A DNA stretch of 64,000 nt, taken from positions 748-64,747 of IMG/VR virus record IMGVR_UViG_3300032288_002935. The stretch is one strand, 5' to 3'. The position numbers and the translations under genes are program-made. The DNA comes from a virus. Lineage: Duplodnaviria; Caudoviricetes. The notes below the pieces were generated by a model, which was not told where the DNA came from, made no database searches, and was given only the letters and a program-made list of their open reading frames with translations. Positions 50,201-58,912 of this stretch are shown piece by piece; the first letter of the stretch is position 1; every line of letters starts with the position of its first letter.

Positions 50201-53200
50201 ACAAAAAAGAAATGACTGGATTAAATTTAATACATCTGTAGAAGTAGAGGAGGCTTATTTTGATAATAGAAAAGCTCTTATAGAAGAAAGGCAAAGAATT
50301 TTAGAAAATATGACCAGGGTTAATAATACTATTGCTGATCCTGCTGATTTATATGAAAAAATATATGCCATTTTAAGAAAAACAAAAGATGATACTGGTG
50401 ATTTTGATGGTAATCTTTTAACTAAAAATGAACAATCTACTATTACAGATTTACATGATCAGATTTTAGAAATTGAAGAACAGTTGTACACTGTACCTAC
50501 TATGGGTTTAACCAAAGAAGAATATAGACGTTTTAATGAACTAAGGGATTATTATGATTATTATAATAAACACCGCAACATTACAACTGAGCAAGAATAT
50601 AATAACTTAGAAGCAATGATGCGAGTAGGTTTGTTCAAATTTAAAATTACTCCTGCACAATTTAACAGATTGCAAGAATTAAATAAAGAATTAAGGTCAT
50701 CTGTTAGAAGTGAATCTACTGATGCATACATAAATACTTTTTTAGAACTGATTAAAAAAAATGATGAAGCATTTGAAATATTAAATAAAGCTGTTTATGA
50801 TTTAGATGGAACAACATTAGAAGATGATGATCCATTATTACATGAACACTTATCTAAAATTTTAGAAGATGTAAATCTATTGAATGTAATTTCAAAAAAG
50901 AATAAAGATTTTGAAGAATGGTTTGATAGAAATCATTATATGACTACTATACCATATAGAGATGAAGATGGGAATGTAGATGGTGAAATAGAAATATATA
51001 GAAAATCTGCAGCTTGGCAATTTACTAAGCCTTCAGATCCTAATATGTACAAAAAGAAACCAATGTATTCTAAAACAACTGGTGGATTAATTGGATTTTT
51101 AGAAGTGGATGGAGTGTTTAGAGTTCCAAACATTAATTTTAAAAAGAGAGTTGTTAAACCTGAATATCAAACTCCTTTGATTGAAAGAGATTACATTGAT
51201 GCTAGTGGTAATTTAGTATTAGCAACTGTTGATAACAGAGGTAGATTTTTACCTAGAGAAAATGCAAAGGATACAAAGTTTATTGATGCCAACTATAAAC
51301 AAATGTTTGCAACAAATAGAAAGTTATTCAACTTAATGCTTTACATTAAAAATCAATACCTGGACAATCAAAAAGGATTGGATGCTCCACAAAAAAAATA
51401 TTTATCTTATCCGAGTTTTAGAAGAGGAAGACTTGAAGGTTTTTCTACAGGTAAAGCTTTTATGAAAAGAACTATTGAAAATATAACAAGTATTTTTGGT
51501 TCAAGAGTTGATGATTTTGAGGAAGGTTTAAGAATGAGTGGTACTGATAATCAAGATGCATATAACACTTTAACAAGACCAATCTCAGGTAACTATAAGT
51601 TAGATAAAGACTTTGTTAGTTTGAATATTATAAAGTCTATGGGATTACAGTTGTATTCAATAGAACATTTTAAAGCACTTGCTAAAACAAATAGTTTTGC
51701 AAACATGCTTAAATCTTCTTTAGAACAATTTGGTTTATCACCAGCGGTTAATAGCTATAAAAACAAACTTAAAACTTTATTAAGATTTACTGAAAAAGGA
51801 GATACTGTTAGATCAAACAGGTTAAAACAAGTAACTTCTATTATAGACAAAAATTTTAAAGGTCGCCAGTTAGTTGCTGTAAATAGTAAAGCTGTTAGAT
51901 TTGCTAACTTATTCATAAGCAGATCATCAGCTCTTGCATCATTTAGTGCATTTGCTTTAAATATAACATCTTCTACTAAAAACTTTTTTGGAGGTTCAAT
52001 AATGATGTTAATAAAAGCAGCATCCGATCCTAAGATATTTAATGTTGCAAATCTTACTGCTGCACAAATCCCTGCATTAAAAGCAATGAAAAAGATTATC
52101 AGTTCGTCTTTTTCTAATAAACAAAAACCTGTTGAATTACAACTTGTTTATATTATGGATGCTGTTCCTGGTTTATATGAAAGAAGAGTTGGTGGTGCAG
52201 GAAGTAGAACACTTTCTAAATCTTTTAAATCGGGTGAGATGCTTACTGCTGACAGAAGAACTCTTCAAGATTCAACTGCTCTTTTACAGTTCTTTGCAAT
52301 TTTATTAAAAAACAAGTTTGAATTAAATGGTAAAAAAACACCATTGCATAAAGCTGTTGAGTTGGTTAATGGTAGAATTCAAACTAAAGCTGGAACACCT
52401 AAAGAATTTAGTATTAGTTATGATGCAGAAGGTAAAATAGTATTAGGCTCAGAAATTAAACGCATGATGAATATTCATCAAGGTATGTTAATTAAAACTA
52501 TTGGTCAAGCAAATAACTTTTCAAGACCTGAATTATTCAGATACACATTAGGAAGATTTGCCATGCACATGATGACATTTATTACAGGTATGTCACCAGA
52601 TAAATATCAAATGACTTTTAGTAAAAAAGGTTTTAAAAATCTATTAAAAGGAAGAGTAAATAAAAGAGTAAACATGTATACTCAAAGAGAAGAGATAGGT
52701 ACTTTTATTGCTGCTTTAGAATCTGTTAAAATTCTTTTACAATCAAGGTCATTTAAAAGACTACCTTATGTAAATCAAGTTGGTATTTTAGCTACAGTTG
52801 TTGGAATGGCTGTAAAAATAGCATTAGATGCTTTTATAAGAAAAGGTATAACATTCAATACAGATGATGATGATAAAGGTTTATCATTTAGTTATGATCC
52901 AGAAGATAAACATATATTTTCTAAATTGAATACAACAACCGGTGTACCAAAATTACCATTTGTTTCTCCTGGATATACTACAGCAGGTAATGTTAGATTT
53001 GATGCATCAGATTATTGGAAACTTCAAGGTTTAAGATTAGCACTTGGTGTTCAACAAGAGGTTGAAACATTTGATCCATTAAATTTATCAAACACATTGA
53101 TAGATTTAGCATCTTTAAAATCCCCCTTACAAGAAGGAGGATTATTAAAATTTGTGGATTTAATTGAATATACAACAGGTGAACCTGATACTTATGAAAA

Positions 53201-53342
53201 AGCAGCAGGTCCACTTACATGGCAGCAAAAATATGAAGATAAAAAGTATAATGTATTCTTTAAACTTTTAGGCATCAACGGTAAAGAAATATCACCTGCC
53301 TATGGTATTGAACAAGATTATAAAGGTATCAACAAGAAATAG
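47238..53342 (+). CDS. Giant virion protein 3 with zincin-like HExxH domain and C-terminal hydrophobic helices
   Basis: 2034 aa. N-terminal MFCVN...W...N...FP; HEFCH (48024-48038) with a later EEII; C-terminal hydrophobic helices (VGILATVVGMAVKIAL). Confidence 0.7.
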   Translation: MFCVNTSHPQFKALLEQTELHPDLLKAEVSIWMDQNNSDSFPTVEELQLAKIAEQERTIDPLAEWLDEFDSFEPVYENIPEEGLIDNFYSDIAEWEHPTDKDQTSVLDDFTLFNLMNNPSVPISKENKAKLKLLSKVVGEKEAYRDYFEQNEVVRPGSVVLDKLDERYTELPENVFEETTEEDALLEQDLIKDIENIVKAENSKIALDKIQKLSNQLGIEAEIISSEDLEKDFGITQTGVKAFFKNGKVYLVDGLFDENVVFHEFCHPIIKSIAKENPELFLSLYEEVLKTPEGQELFKLISTKSTDYAVNSPEFMEEIIVKSLDEKNRIKKSTIQNILFHIKQFLRKMLGKKINISKLDANTPLIDLLNMINEGGEFILDKDFLNASDAIMFDREYQDAVDIIAKDSAVATQLIINDYYNMISTQLGNLLKDESIYKNLKEDLTTENFDGELQVLRKMLDALTTSDKTKMANLPLSTVEKQDFELFQDRLNAFVNTLVQGGKVVEKFDKKINDLINNGVETNDDFDALFALETYVNDWNKFITALKQSKTIIQSKTGSTPEVMLPVSYLDINNPIGLKIASLGSQINLVSEKINNLKIKSTTDLLYKNLEKRYEGISNTYLKGMQAAQDAGDLAQYDIMHEDYYGLTLEEMNEMNFLKTQPSSVERDNRLNFLNDKYLGGREAKRDAIEATLKNQLQDSTWMNGMFESYMNNQDKIVGNFADYVNSFLQDVAGNVNAIEADFLEGLRPLLKEAGFNNSIFGEAKLGKAIQHTNVTYQNDKDGNVVEFEEYAFISNFTGHEYEKAKLEQLVRRAKEKWQSTADDADFTAYMQTEFDLEDFLIDYMHQANIPEYYKPAMVFRTPVGMEAKKMRDDIFEEMRLQRANFDKDPTSLAPADSIKKLWFEYQQLQSRYDLNGDLKTNSYVDANGNTVITNDLAIAEVFQEYAEKTKDFHEYEEIPNLFDDQLEAFENYLINVENLTKGSVAYEQKRNDWIKFNTSVEVEEAYFDNRKALIEERQRILENMTRVNNTIADPADLYEKIYAILRKTKDDTGDFDGNLLTKNEQSTITDLHDQILEIEEQLYTVPTMGLTKEEYRRFNELRDYYDYYNKHRNITTEQEYNNLEAMMRVGLFKFKITPAQFNRLQELNKELRSSVRSESTDAYINTFLELIKKNDEAFEILNKAVYDLDGTTLEDDDPLLHEHLSKILEDVNLLNVISKKNKDFEEWFDRNHYMTTIPYRDEDGNVDGEIEIYRKSAAWQFTKPSDPNMYKKKPMYSKTTGGLIGFLEVDGVFRVPNINFKKRVVKPEYQTPLIERDYIDASGNLVLATVDNRGRFLPRENAKDTKFIDANYKQMFATNRKLFNLMLYIKNQYLDNQKGLDAPQKKYLSYPSFRRGRLEGFSTGKAFMKRTIENITSIFGSRVDDFEEGLRMSGTDNQDAYNTLTRPISGNYKLDKDFVSLNIIKSMGLQLYSIEHFKALAKTNSFANMLKSSLEQFGLSPAVNSYKNKLKTLLRFTEKGDTVRSNRLKQVTSIIDKNFKGRQLVAVNSKAVRFANLFISRSSALASFSAFALNITSSTKNFFGGSIMMLIKAASDPKIFNVANLTAAQIPALKAMKKIISSSFSNKQKPVELQLVYIMDAVPGLYERRVGGAGSRTLSKSFKSGEMLTADRRTLQDSTALLQFFAILLKNKFELNGKKTPLHKAVELVNGRIQTKAGTPKEFSISYDAEGKIVLGSEIKRMMNIHQGMLIKTIGQANNFSRPELFRYTLGRFAMHMMTFITGMSPDKYQMTFSKKGFKNLLKGRVNKRVNMYTQREEIGTFIAALESVKILLQSRSFKRLPYVNQVGILATVVGMAVKIALDAFIRKGITFNTDDDDKGLSFSYDPEDKHIFSKLNTTTGVPKLPFVSPGYTTAGNVRFDASDYWKLQGLRLALGVQQEVETFDPLNLSNTLIDLASLKSPLQEGGLLKFVDLIEYTTGEPDTYEKAAGPLTWQQKYEDKKYNVFFKLLGINGKEISPAYGIEQDYKGINKK

Positions 53343-53889
53343 TTTCTACTGGTACTTCATAATCTTGAGTTAATTCTAAATATACTTTTTCACTTACACT
53401 GAGTATCTCATTTTCAAAATCTGGAGGTGAGATTAACTCAGTGTTTTTGATTTCTTCTTCAGGATGTTGTAGTAATTCAGCAACTTCCTTGTAGTAATAT
53501 TCAGGATTGATTCCAACCATTGCTTTTTCATCACTGCTTTTATGAATAAGAATCTTAGCAATTTTGGAAAGTTTGGAGTATTCTCCATTATAAATGCGCA
53601 TGTAATCTTTTTCAATTGGACTCAAATCAAAAATGATTATATCAAATTCTCCATCTGTAACAAAGAAATCATAGAACTTATTCTTTTGAATTTCTGCTAA
53701 CAGTTTAGGATAGTCTTTATCTTTGTTGTAATACAACATGATAAATGCGCAATCATTGCATAATTTTAAACCTTTAATACCAAGATAACAACCAATACTT
53801 TCTGGTCCTTTTGGTAAGTTTAACAGGGGTAATACAAAAAGTTTACTCTTTTGAGCATACTCTTTCATAGCTTCTAATCTTAATTTCAT
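53329..53889 (-). CDS. Conserved hypothetical phage protein (last gene of the minus-strand module)
   Basis: 186 aa with Y.QKSKLFVLPLL and G.YSKLS motifs. Its 3' end overlaps the + strand giant gene by 14 nt. Confidence 0.6.
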   Translation of the reverse strand: MKLRLEAMKEYAQKSKLFVLPLLNLPKGPESIGCYLGIKGLKLCNDCAFIMLYYNKDKDYPKLLAEIQKNKFYDFFVTDGEFDIIIFDLSPIEKDYMRIYNGEYSKLSKIAKILIHKSSDEKAMVGINPEYYYKEVAELLQHPEEEIKNTELISPPDFENEILSVSEKVYLELTQDYEVPVETISC

Positions 53890-53891
53890 AA

Positions 53892-54275
53892 TTACAATTT
53901 TAATATGTCTTTTAATTCAACTTTTTTAAATCCTTCAGGCTTAATAATTTTACCATCTTCTCTGATGACAGCTTCGCCATCTGGACCTAACTTTGACATA
54001 TTATTTTGATGAACTAAATCAAATGCTCTTTCAATATGATTTTGTAAACCGTGTTTGCAGATTGTTCCAAAAATAATGTAAAGTTGATCTGCTAATGCAT
54101 CAAGAACTTCTACTAAATCTTCTTCACCAGCTGCGACAATATATTCATCCAGTTCTTCTTTACCAAGATTATATCTTAATAATGATTCTTTTTTACTTAA
54201 CAAAGTCGGTCTTTCATTTTGAGTCTGTTTGAATTTGGTGTGAAAAAATTCCACCATTTTAATTTGCTTTTGCAT
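53892..54275 (-). CDS. MazG-like / PRA-PH family nucleoside triphosphate pyrophosphohydrolase
   Basis: V.FFH..F, EELDEY, EVLDALADQLYI..G, VHQNNMSKL and REDGKIIKP motifs. Confidence 0.9.
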   Translation of the reverse strand: MQKQIKMVEFFHTKFKQTQNERPTLLSKKESLLRYNLGKEELDEYIVAAGEEDLVEVLDALADQLYIIFGTICKHGLQNHIERAFDLVHQNNMSKLGPDGEAVIREDGKIIKPEGFKKVELKDILKL

Positions 54276-54298
54276 ATATGTTTTTTTTTAAGTTACAA

Positions 54299-54523
54299 TT
54301 ATAAACCTGCTTTGCTATAAAAATATTTAGCAACTTCAGGTATATGTTTTTTATAATAAGGTTGATTCTCTTTGCACCATTCTTTAATATCTTTTTTACA
54401 TATAAAAGGTTTAGTCCAACCATTTCCGCGCATTATGGTATCAAATGTTGGCTGAAGACTTTGTATAAAATCTTTTACAGTCCATCCTTCCCATATATGT
54501 TTGTTGTAATCTATTTTACCCAT
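54299..54523 (-). CDS. Hypothetical protein (74 aa; probable start MGKIDY at 54523)
   Basis: Contains HIWEGWTVKDFI...WCKENQPYYKK. The start overlaps the stop of the upstream gene. Confidence 0.6.
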   Translation of the reverse strand: MGKIDYNKHIWEGWTVKDFIQSLQPTFDTIMRGNGWTKPFICKKDIKEWCKENQPYYKKHIPEVAKYFYSKAGL

Positions 54524-54785
54524 AAGCTTTAATAAATCTGTTATATGCACCAACTATGTATCTGCTGGCCCATGTGTAATTCTTTTCTTCTAAAGCTGCT
54601 TCTAATGCAGTGTAGGCAAAGTAATTATTAGACACTAATGTATCATCACTTCTCCTGAACATAATAGTATTTGCATTGTTATCACCTTCTTTGTAGCAAC
54701 TATAGAAATAAAAGTCCTCTGTGATTATTGATAATCTGAACAGAGAACCTTTAATTGTTTTGGTTTTTGGAAGTTTTATAAGCAT
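54516..54785 (-). CDS. Hypothetical protein
   Basis: 89-aa ORF tiling with its neighbours on the minus strand. Confidence 0.6.
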   Translation of the reverse strand: MLIKLPKTKTIKGSLFRLSIITEDFYFYSCYKEGDNNANTIMFRRSDDTLVSNNYFAYTALEAALEEKNYTWASRYIVGAYNRFIKAYG

Positions 54786-54786
54786 C

Positions 54787-55005
54787 TTATATTTTTTTAT
54801 AACCTTTACTTAATGCTACATCTGATATTGTCAAATGTATTTGTTCAACAATCCATTCATTTGTTAATGCGTCATCTAATACTTCTTGAGCATCTTCATT
54901 ATCATGAACAACATAGGCATCTTTAACATCATTTACATGCCATAAGTTATCTACAAAGTATCCAGCTTTACGCAAAACCTCTTTTGCTTTTTCAATTTCA
55001 CTCAT
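54787..55005 (-). CDS. Hypothetical protein
   Basis: 72 aa (AKEVLRKAGYFVDNLWHVNDV), tiling with its neighbours. Confidence 0.65.
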   Translation of the reverse strand: MSEIEKAKEVLRKAGYFVDNLWHVNDVKDAYVVHDNEDAQEVLDDALTNEWIVEQIHLTISDVALSKGYKKI

Positions 55006-55165
55006 CTGCTTTTTCTTTTAGTTCTTCAGCACTAATTTTAAATTTTGATTGTTCATTGCTATCTGCATAATGAACTAAGTAGTAATCTTCATACTCTGAT
55101 ACTGAATCAATTACAACTTTTTGGTTATTAAAATAACCTTCTACAATTTTGATTTCTTTTTTCAT
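54998..55165 (-). CDS. Small hypothetical protein, 55 aa (not in the ORF track)
   Basis: Translates as MKKEIKIVEGYFNNQKVVIDSVSEYEDYYLVHYADSNEQSKFKISAEELKEKADE*. It fills the gap, and its stop overlaps the next start. Confidence 0.65.
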   Translation of the reverse strand: MKKEIKIVEGYFNNQKVVIDSVSEYEDYYLVHYADSNEQSKFKISAEELKEKADE

Positions 55166-55171
55166 AATTTT

Positions 55172-55495
55172 TTACCTTGAAGTTAAGCAATTTTGACAAA
55201 AGTTGTCCATTGTTTCATCATATTTATGACCACATTTTGGACAATTTTCTTGTATTCTTTCTGATATTAATTCAACATCTGATGGATCATATTCAGTATC
55301 ATCATCTTCATCATGTTCAGAAATAAAACCTGGTATATAACCACATCTGTCTAAAAGAGATTGAGGTGTTTCTTTGATTAAGCCGGTTGAATATAATTCA
55401 GAAATCATATTCTTTCCAAAACTTTCAATGTCTTCATGATCAGAAAAATACCAATCTAAAAATCTTGATTCTTTTACTCTAACTTTTTTAGCCAT
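55172..55495 (-). CDS. Hypothetical protein with C-terminal zinc ribbon
   Basis: C-terminal CPKCG...FCQNC. Confidence 0.65.
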   Translation of the reverse strand: MAKKVRVKESRFLDWYFSDHEDIESFGKNMISELYSTGLIKETPQSLLDRCGYIPGFISEHDEDDDTEYDPSDVELISERIQENCPKCGHKYDETMDNFCQNCLTSR

Positions 55496-55802
55496 TTTTT
55501 TCTTTATTTAAATATGTATATTTAGATATAAATTTAGACCAAGTTGAACCTAAAGTTGATCTTATAGTTTTATAAGTTTCTACATGATTTCTTACAAATT
55601 TTTTTTGTTGTGCTTTTGCTTCAATCCGAAACCCAACTTCTTTATATTCAGCTTTTTCTACATTTGGATAAACCAAATTCATTTCTCCACTTTCTTCAAG
55701 ATGTCTGTGTATATCTTTTTTCCATTTATCACCAGCAATCTCTAATTCAAAAATGTATTCTTTTTCATATACAATAGTATATTTTATTTCTATTTTACTC
55801 AT
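55488..55802 (-). CDS. Hypothetical protein
   Basis: 104-aa ORF with overlapping start/stop on both sides. Confidence 0.6.
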   Translation of the reverse strand: MSKIEIKYTIVYEKEYIFELEIAGDKWKKDIHRHLEESGEMNLVYPNVEKAEYKEVGFRIEAKAQQKKFVRNHVETYKTIRSTLGSTWSKFISKYTYLNKEKNG

Positions 55803-56008
55803 TCTGATAATTTGTTTATTTTGTACAACACTTCTTTTAAATCTTGAGCTGCTCTTTTAATTGCTGCTCTTTCTTTTACTCTATATGGCTCACAATCTCC
55901 AATCATTGCCGCAGCAATTCTATTTTTATAATCTAAAAACTTTGACTGGAACCTTTCTAATTCAGGTTCCAGTTCTCTAATTACATCCAAGTCTTTTTTA
56001 AACTTCAT
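55799..56008 (-). CDS. Hypothetical helical protein (69 aa; probable start MKFKKD at 56008)
   Basis: ATG 56008 overlaps the end of the upstream 57-aa ORF. Contains ERAAIKRAAQDLK. Confidence 0.55.
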   Translation of the reverse strand: MKFKKDLDVIRELEPELERFQSKFLDYKNRIAAAMIGDCEPYRVKERAAIKRAAQDLKEVLYKINKLSE

Positions 56009-56171
56009 TTTTATTTTTTTGTAAATCATGTACACATAATCTTGCTAGATATTGTGAGCATTTGTATTTAATTTGAATACGCTTTTCTAAAGCTTTAGGA
56101 ACAAGTGTAGAATAGTCTATGCTAGATTCTATTACAGCTTGAACAATTACTCTCCGTTTAGTTGAAATCAT
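55998..56171 (-). CDS. Small hypothetical protein, 57 aa (not in the ORF track)
   Basis: Translates as MISTKRRVIVQAVIESSIDYSTLVPKALEKRIQIKYKCSQYLARLCVHDLQKNKNEV*. It fills the gap downstream of the SPL-like gene. Confidence 0.55.
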   Translation of the reverse strand: MISTKRRVIVQAVIESSIDYSTLVPKALEKRIQIKYKCSQYLARLCVHDLQKNKNEV

Positions 56172-56181
56172 GCAGTTAAGA

Positions 56182-57060
56182 TTAAAAACAGTATCTAATA
56201 GTATTCCAGGGTATTATTTCATTATGCAATGCAGCAAACTGTTCAATGTATTCTTTTTTAATCTGGTGCTTGTATCTAATATTATTGCCTCCAAACTGAG
56301 ATACTTTTGCTTCTTGAATTTTTGGATTCCATAATAAGACTTCTCCTGGTAGATTATTGTCTACATTGTATTTGTGTTTATCTGCATTGTGTGTAAGAAA
56401 AATCACTTCAGATTTTACACCTTCTTTCCATCCAAAATGATATTTTGCTGCTTGTATATGCTTAAATAATTCTCTATAATCATCTAACCAATTCATACCT
56501 ACTATAACAGGACTAAAATTTAAGTGCACATCATAACCTGCATCTTGAAACTTTTTAACAGCATATATTCTATCTTTTATTGGACTTGTGTTAGGTTCAA
56601 GAATTTGTCTATACTCTTCCGGCATAAGGCTAAATCTTATTCTTACTTTACCTTGAGGGTTAAACTTTAATAAGTCTTCATTAAAATACTTAGTAGCAAA
56701 TGAACCCATTGCTCTTGGATGCATAGCAAAGAAATCAAATATTCTTTGCCACTCATGGTATTTAGCATGTAGTGCAAAATCTTCATTGCACGAAATATCA
56801 TATGTGATATATTCTTCATGGGTTTGATTAGGTTTTACTACATCTGCAAACCATACATGACTGTTTATTGCTGTAAGAATATCTCTAAAATTTGTTGCAA
56901 TAGATAAACCTGTAGGTTTATTTCTTTTCATATAGCAGTATGTACAATTGTACAAACAACCGTGACCAAAGGAAGGAGTAATAAAATCCGTACTCCTTCC
57001 ACTTGGTAATATACGCATACTTTTTCTATAAGTGTTTGTAATTAATTTATTCATTGTCAA
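56182..57060 (-). CDS. splB: Spore photoproduct lyase-like radical SAM protein
   Basis: GCLYNCTYCY (CxxxCxxC) preceded by S.DFITPSF, with 'SFATKY', 'RIRFSLMP', 'EPNTS.I..RI.A' and 'GY.VHLNFSPVI'. The start may be ATG 57054. Confidence 0.85.
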   Translation of the reverse strand: MTMNKLITNTYRKSMRILPSGRSTDFITPSFGHGCLYNCTYCYMKRNKPTGLSIATNFRDILTAINSHVWFADVVKPNQTHEEYITYDISCNEDFALHAKYHEWQRIFDFFAMHPRAMGSFATKYFNEDLLKFNPQGKVRIRFSLMPEEYRQILEPNTSPIKDRIYAVKKFQDAGYDVHLNFSPVIVGMNWLDDYRELFKHIQAAKYHFGWKEGVKSEVIFLTHNADKHKYNVDNNLPGEVLLWNPKIQEAKVSQFGGNNIRYKHQIKKEYIEQFAALHNEIIPWNTIRYCF

Positions 57061-57322
57061 TTAACCATTGTGCTAATTTGTGTCTTATTTCACTTGGACC
57101 TATGTATTCAAACACATCTTCAGGTTTTATAAGATGAGTACATAAAATTTTAGTAATGTCATTAACTTGACCTAAATATTTAATGATTTCATTTAATGGT
57201 ATTTCATCTAACATATCACAAATCTGAGATGGATTCATGTGTAACCTTAAATCTATCTCTTTATTTGCACGCGGTTCAATATTTGCAGAACTGGCAACTA
57301 CATCTATGATTATATCATTCAT
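57047..57322 (-). CDS. Hypothetical protein
   Basis: 91-aa ORF overlapping the start of the SPL-like gene. Confidence 0.6.
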   Translation of the reverse strand: MNDIIIDVVASSANIEPRANKEIDLRLHMNPSQICDMLDEIPLNEIIKYLGQVNDITKILCTHLIKPEDVFEYIGPSEIRHKLAQWLIDNE

Positions 57323-57327
57323 ATTAT

Positions 57328-57603
57328 TTAATATTCATCAAGATTTTCACTGTTGTGATAAATAATATCACCATCTGAATTATAAAGTTCTTGTGTTGCA
57401 CTTCCACCATTTTCATTTGGAAGCATAGGTTCTTCATATGCTTGATCAGGACCATCCTGAACAAAATAAACTCCTTCAATATTTATTAAATCATATACTT
57501 CATCAGAGTCTGATTCTTTAAGTCTTTTGATAACTTCATCTACTTTATCATCTGGAATATACATTCTTGTCCAGGTTGTTACTTTGTAATCTAAATGTGC
57601 CAT
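57328..57603 (-). CDS. Hypothetical acidic protein
   Basis: 91 aa, with 'DYKVTTW.R' and 'EPM.PNENGG.AT.ELY' motifs. Confidence 0.65.
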   Translation of the reverse strand: MAHLDYKVTTWTRMYIPDDKVDEVIKRLKESDSDEVYDLINIEGVYFVQDGPDQAYEEPMLPNENGGSATQELYNSDGDIIYHNSENLDEY

Positions 57604-57604
57604 T

Positions 57605-58912
57605 TTAATTAATTTTTAAATACTTGTTATTAGTAACTTCTACTTTGCATTTAGCTCTTGTAATAGCTGTATAAAACCATTTTGCTGCATCCCATACTGG
57701 CATAAGCCATCCTGCATCAATGTAAACATTGTCCCATTCTTGACCTTGAGCTTTATGACAACTAATTGCATAACCATAAGTGGAAATTGTTATATCTTTA
57801 TTAAAGAAATATCTAGTTTTACCATTACGCGGAGTGTATTCACTTACAAGTAGTCTGTATAAATTATCAGGAATTGAGTTATTTCCTTCTCTGATTGCAT
57901 CTACAATTTGTTTGCCGTGCATTGATGCTTCAACTAAATCTGGAATAAGTAATGTCATTTGTCCATCATGCCTGTATATTAACATTTTGTATTTTTTTAT
58001 TTTATCATCTCTGGTTTCTACACTGAGATCAAAGTCATGCATAAGCATTGCATTTTTTAGCTTATAAATCTCTCCGTTTGAATACATTGATGAGTTTGAT
58101 ACAGATACAATGATGTCACCTTCTTGCGCATAACCTGTAATAGTCTTGTTGCTGAACAAGTAAGCTCTGATCTTTTCATTGTATTGAACTCTTCTTTCAT
58201 TAGTTGATGTAAGAACTACATAATTACCATCTGCTTTTATGTCTTGTGCAAGACTTTTACTAAATTTTGGTACTGATGTAAGATCTGATTGCTCTGGTTG
58301 CTTAAATGATGCTTTTTTACAGGTCCTAATGTCTGTTGCAATCTTTAACAATGAACCATCATATCTTTTAACTTCAGTTAATTCATATCTGTTATGAGGT
58401 AAGAAGTTTTCAGGATAGCTTTGTTCCCAATTAAAAATCTTCGGATCATCTCCTACTGGTTCCAATTGGAAACTATCTCCCATGAATATAATCTTACATT
58501 TTTTTTCAATTGCTTGCTTCATTAATACCTCAAGGACATACTTATCAATCATTGAACATTCATCTACAATATAAGTACCTCTAACTTTAAGTGTTTTGTC
58601 TACAAAAAATGTATTCTTTTTGTCACCAGCTGAGAATAATGCTGAGTGAATGGTACTAAAAATTAATGCCGGATTGTCAATTTTTTCTTTTAATCTGTTT
58701 ACTGCTGCATTTGTTGGTGCAAGTAGCGAGGCTCTAGTAGCATTTGCTATGTTTTCTGCAATAGTTGTTTTACCACAACCTGAGTAGCCTGCAAGCAAGA
58801 AGAATGTATCTTCTGTTTGTAGGAATTTAAACACTTTGTTTAGTGCTTGTTTTTGGCCATCTGTAAAATCTATTGCCTTTTTTCTGGCATTGAATAAGTC
58901 ACTTAATGTCAT
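57605..58912 (-). CDS. dda: Dda/RecD-like SF1B DNA helicase (probable own start at ATG 58912, in frame with the upstream HNH)
   Basis: Walker A GYSGCGKTT, LAPTNAA, TIHS, IVDECSM, GDSFQLEPV, LTEVKR, YAISCHKAQGQEW and YTAITRA. Confidence 0.88.
   Translation of the reverse strand: MTLSDLFNARKKAIDFTDGQKQALNKVFKFLQTEDTFFLLAGYSGCGKTTIAENIANATRASLLAPTNAAVNRLKEKIDNPALIFSTIHSALFSAGDKKNTFFVDKTLKVRGTYIVDECSMIDKYVLEVLMKQAIEKKCKIIFMGDSFQLEPVGDDPKIFNWEQSYPENFLPHNRYELTEVKRYDGSLLKIATDIRTCKKASFKQPEQSDLTSVPKFSKSLAQDIKADGNYVVLTSTNERRVQYNEKIRAYLFSNKTITGYAQEGDIIVSVSNSSMYSNGEIYKLKNAMLMHDFDLSVETRDDKIKKYKMLIYRHDGQMTLLIPDLVEASMHGKQIVDAIREGNNSIPDNLYRLLVSEYTPRNGKTRYFFNKDITISTYGYAISCHKAQGQEWDNVYIDAGWLMPVWDAAKWFYTAITRAKCKVEVTNNKYLKIN

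Noticed and set aside
1160-53214. Numerous 60-140 aa antisense or alternate-frame ORFs inside the + strand genes
   Set aside because: They lie within or largely overlap long genes with clear motifs, and show the S/L/I/F-rich composition typical of shadow frames. No independent evidence supports them.
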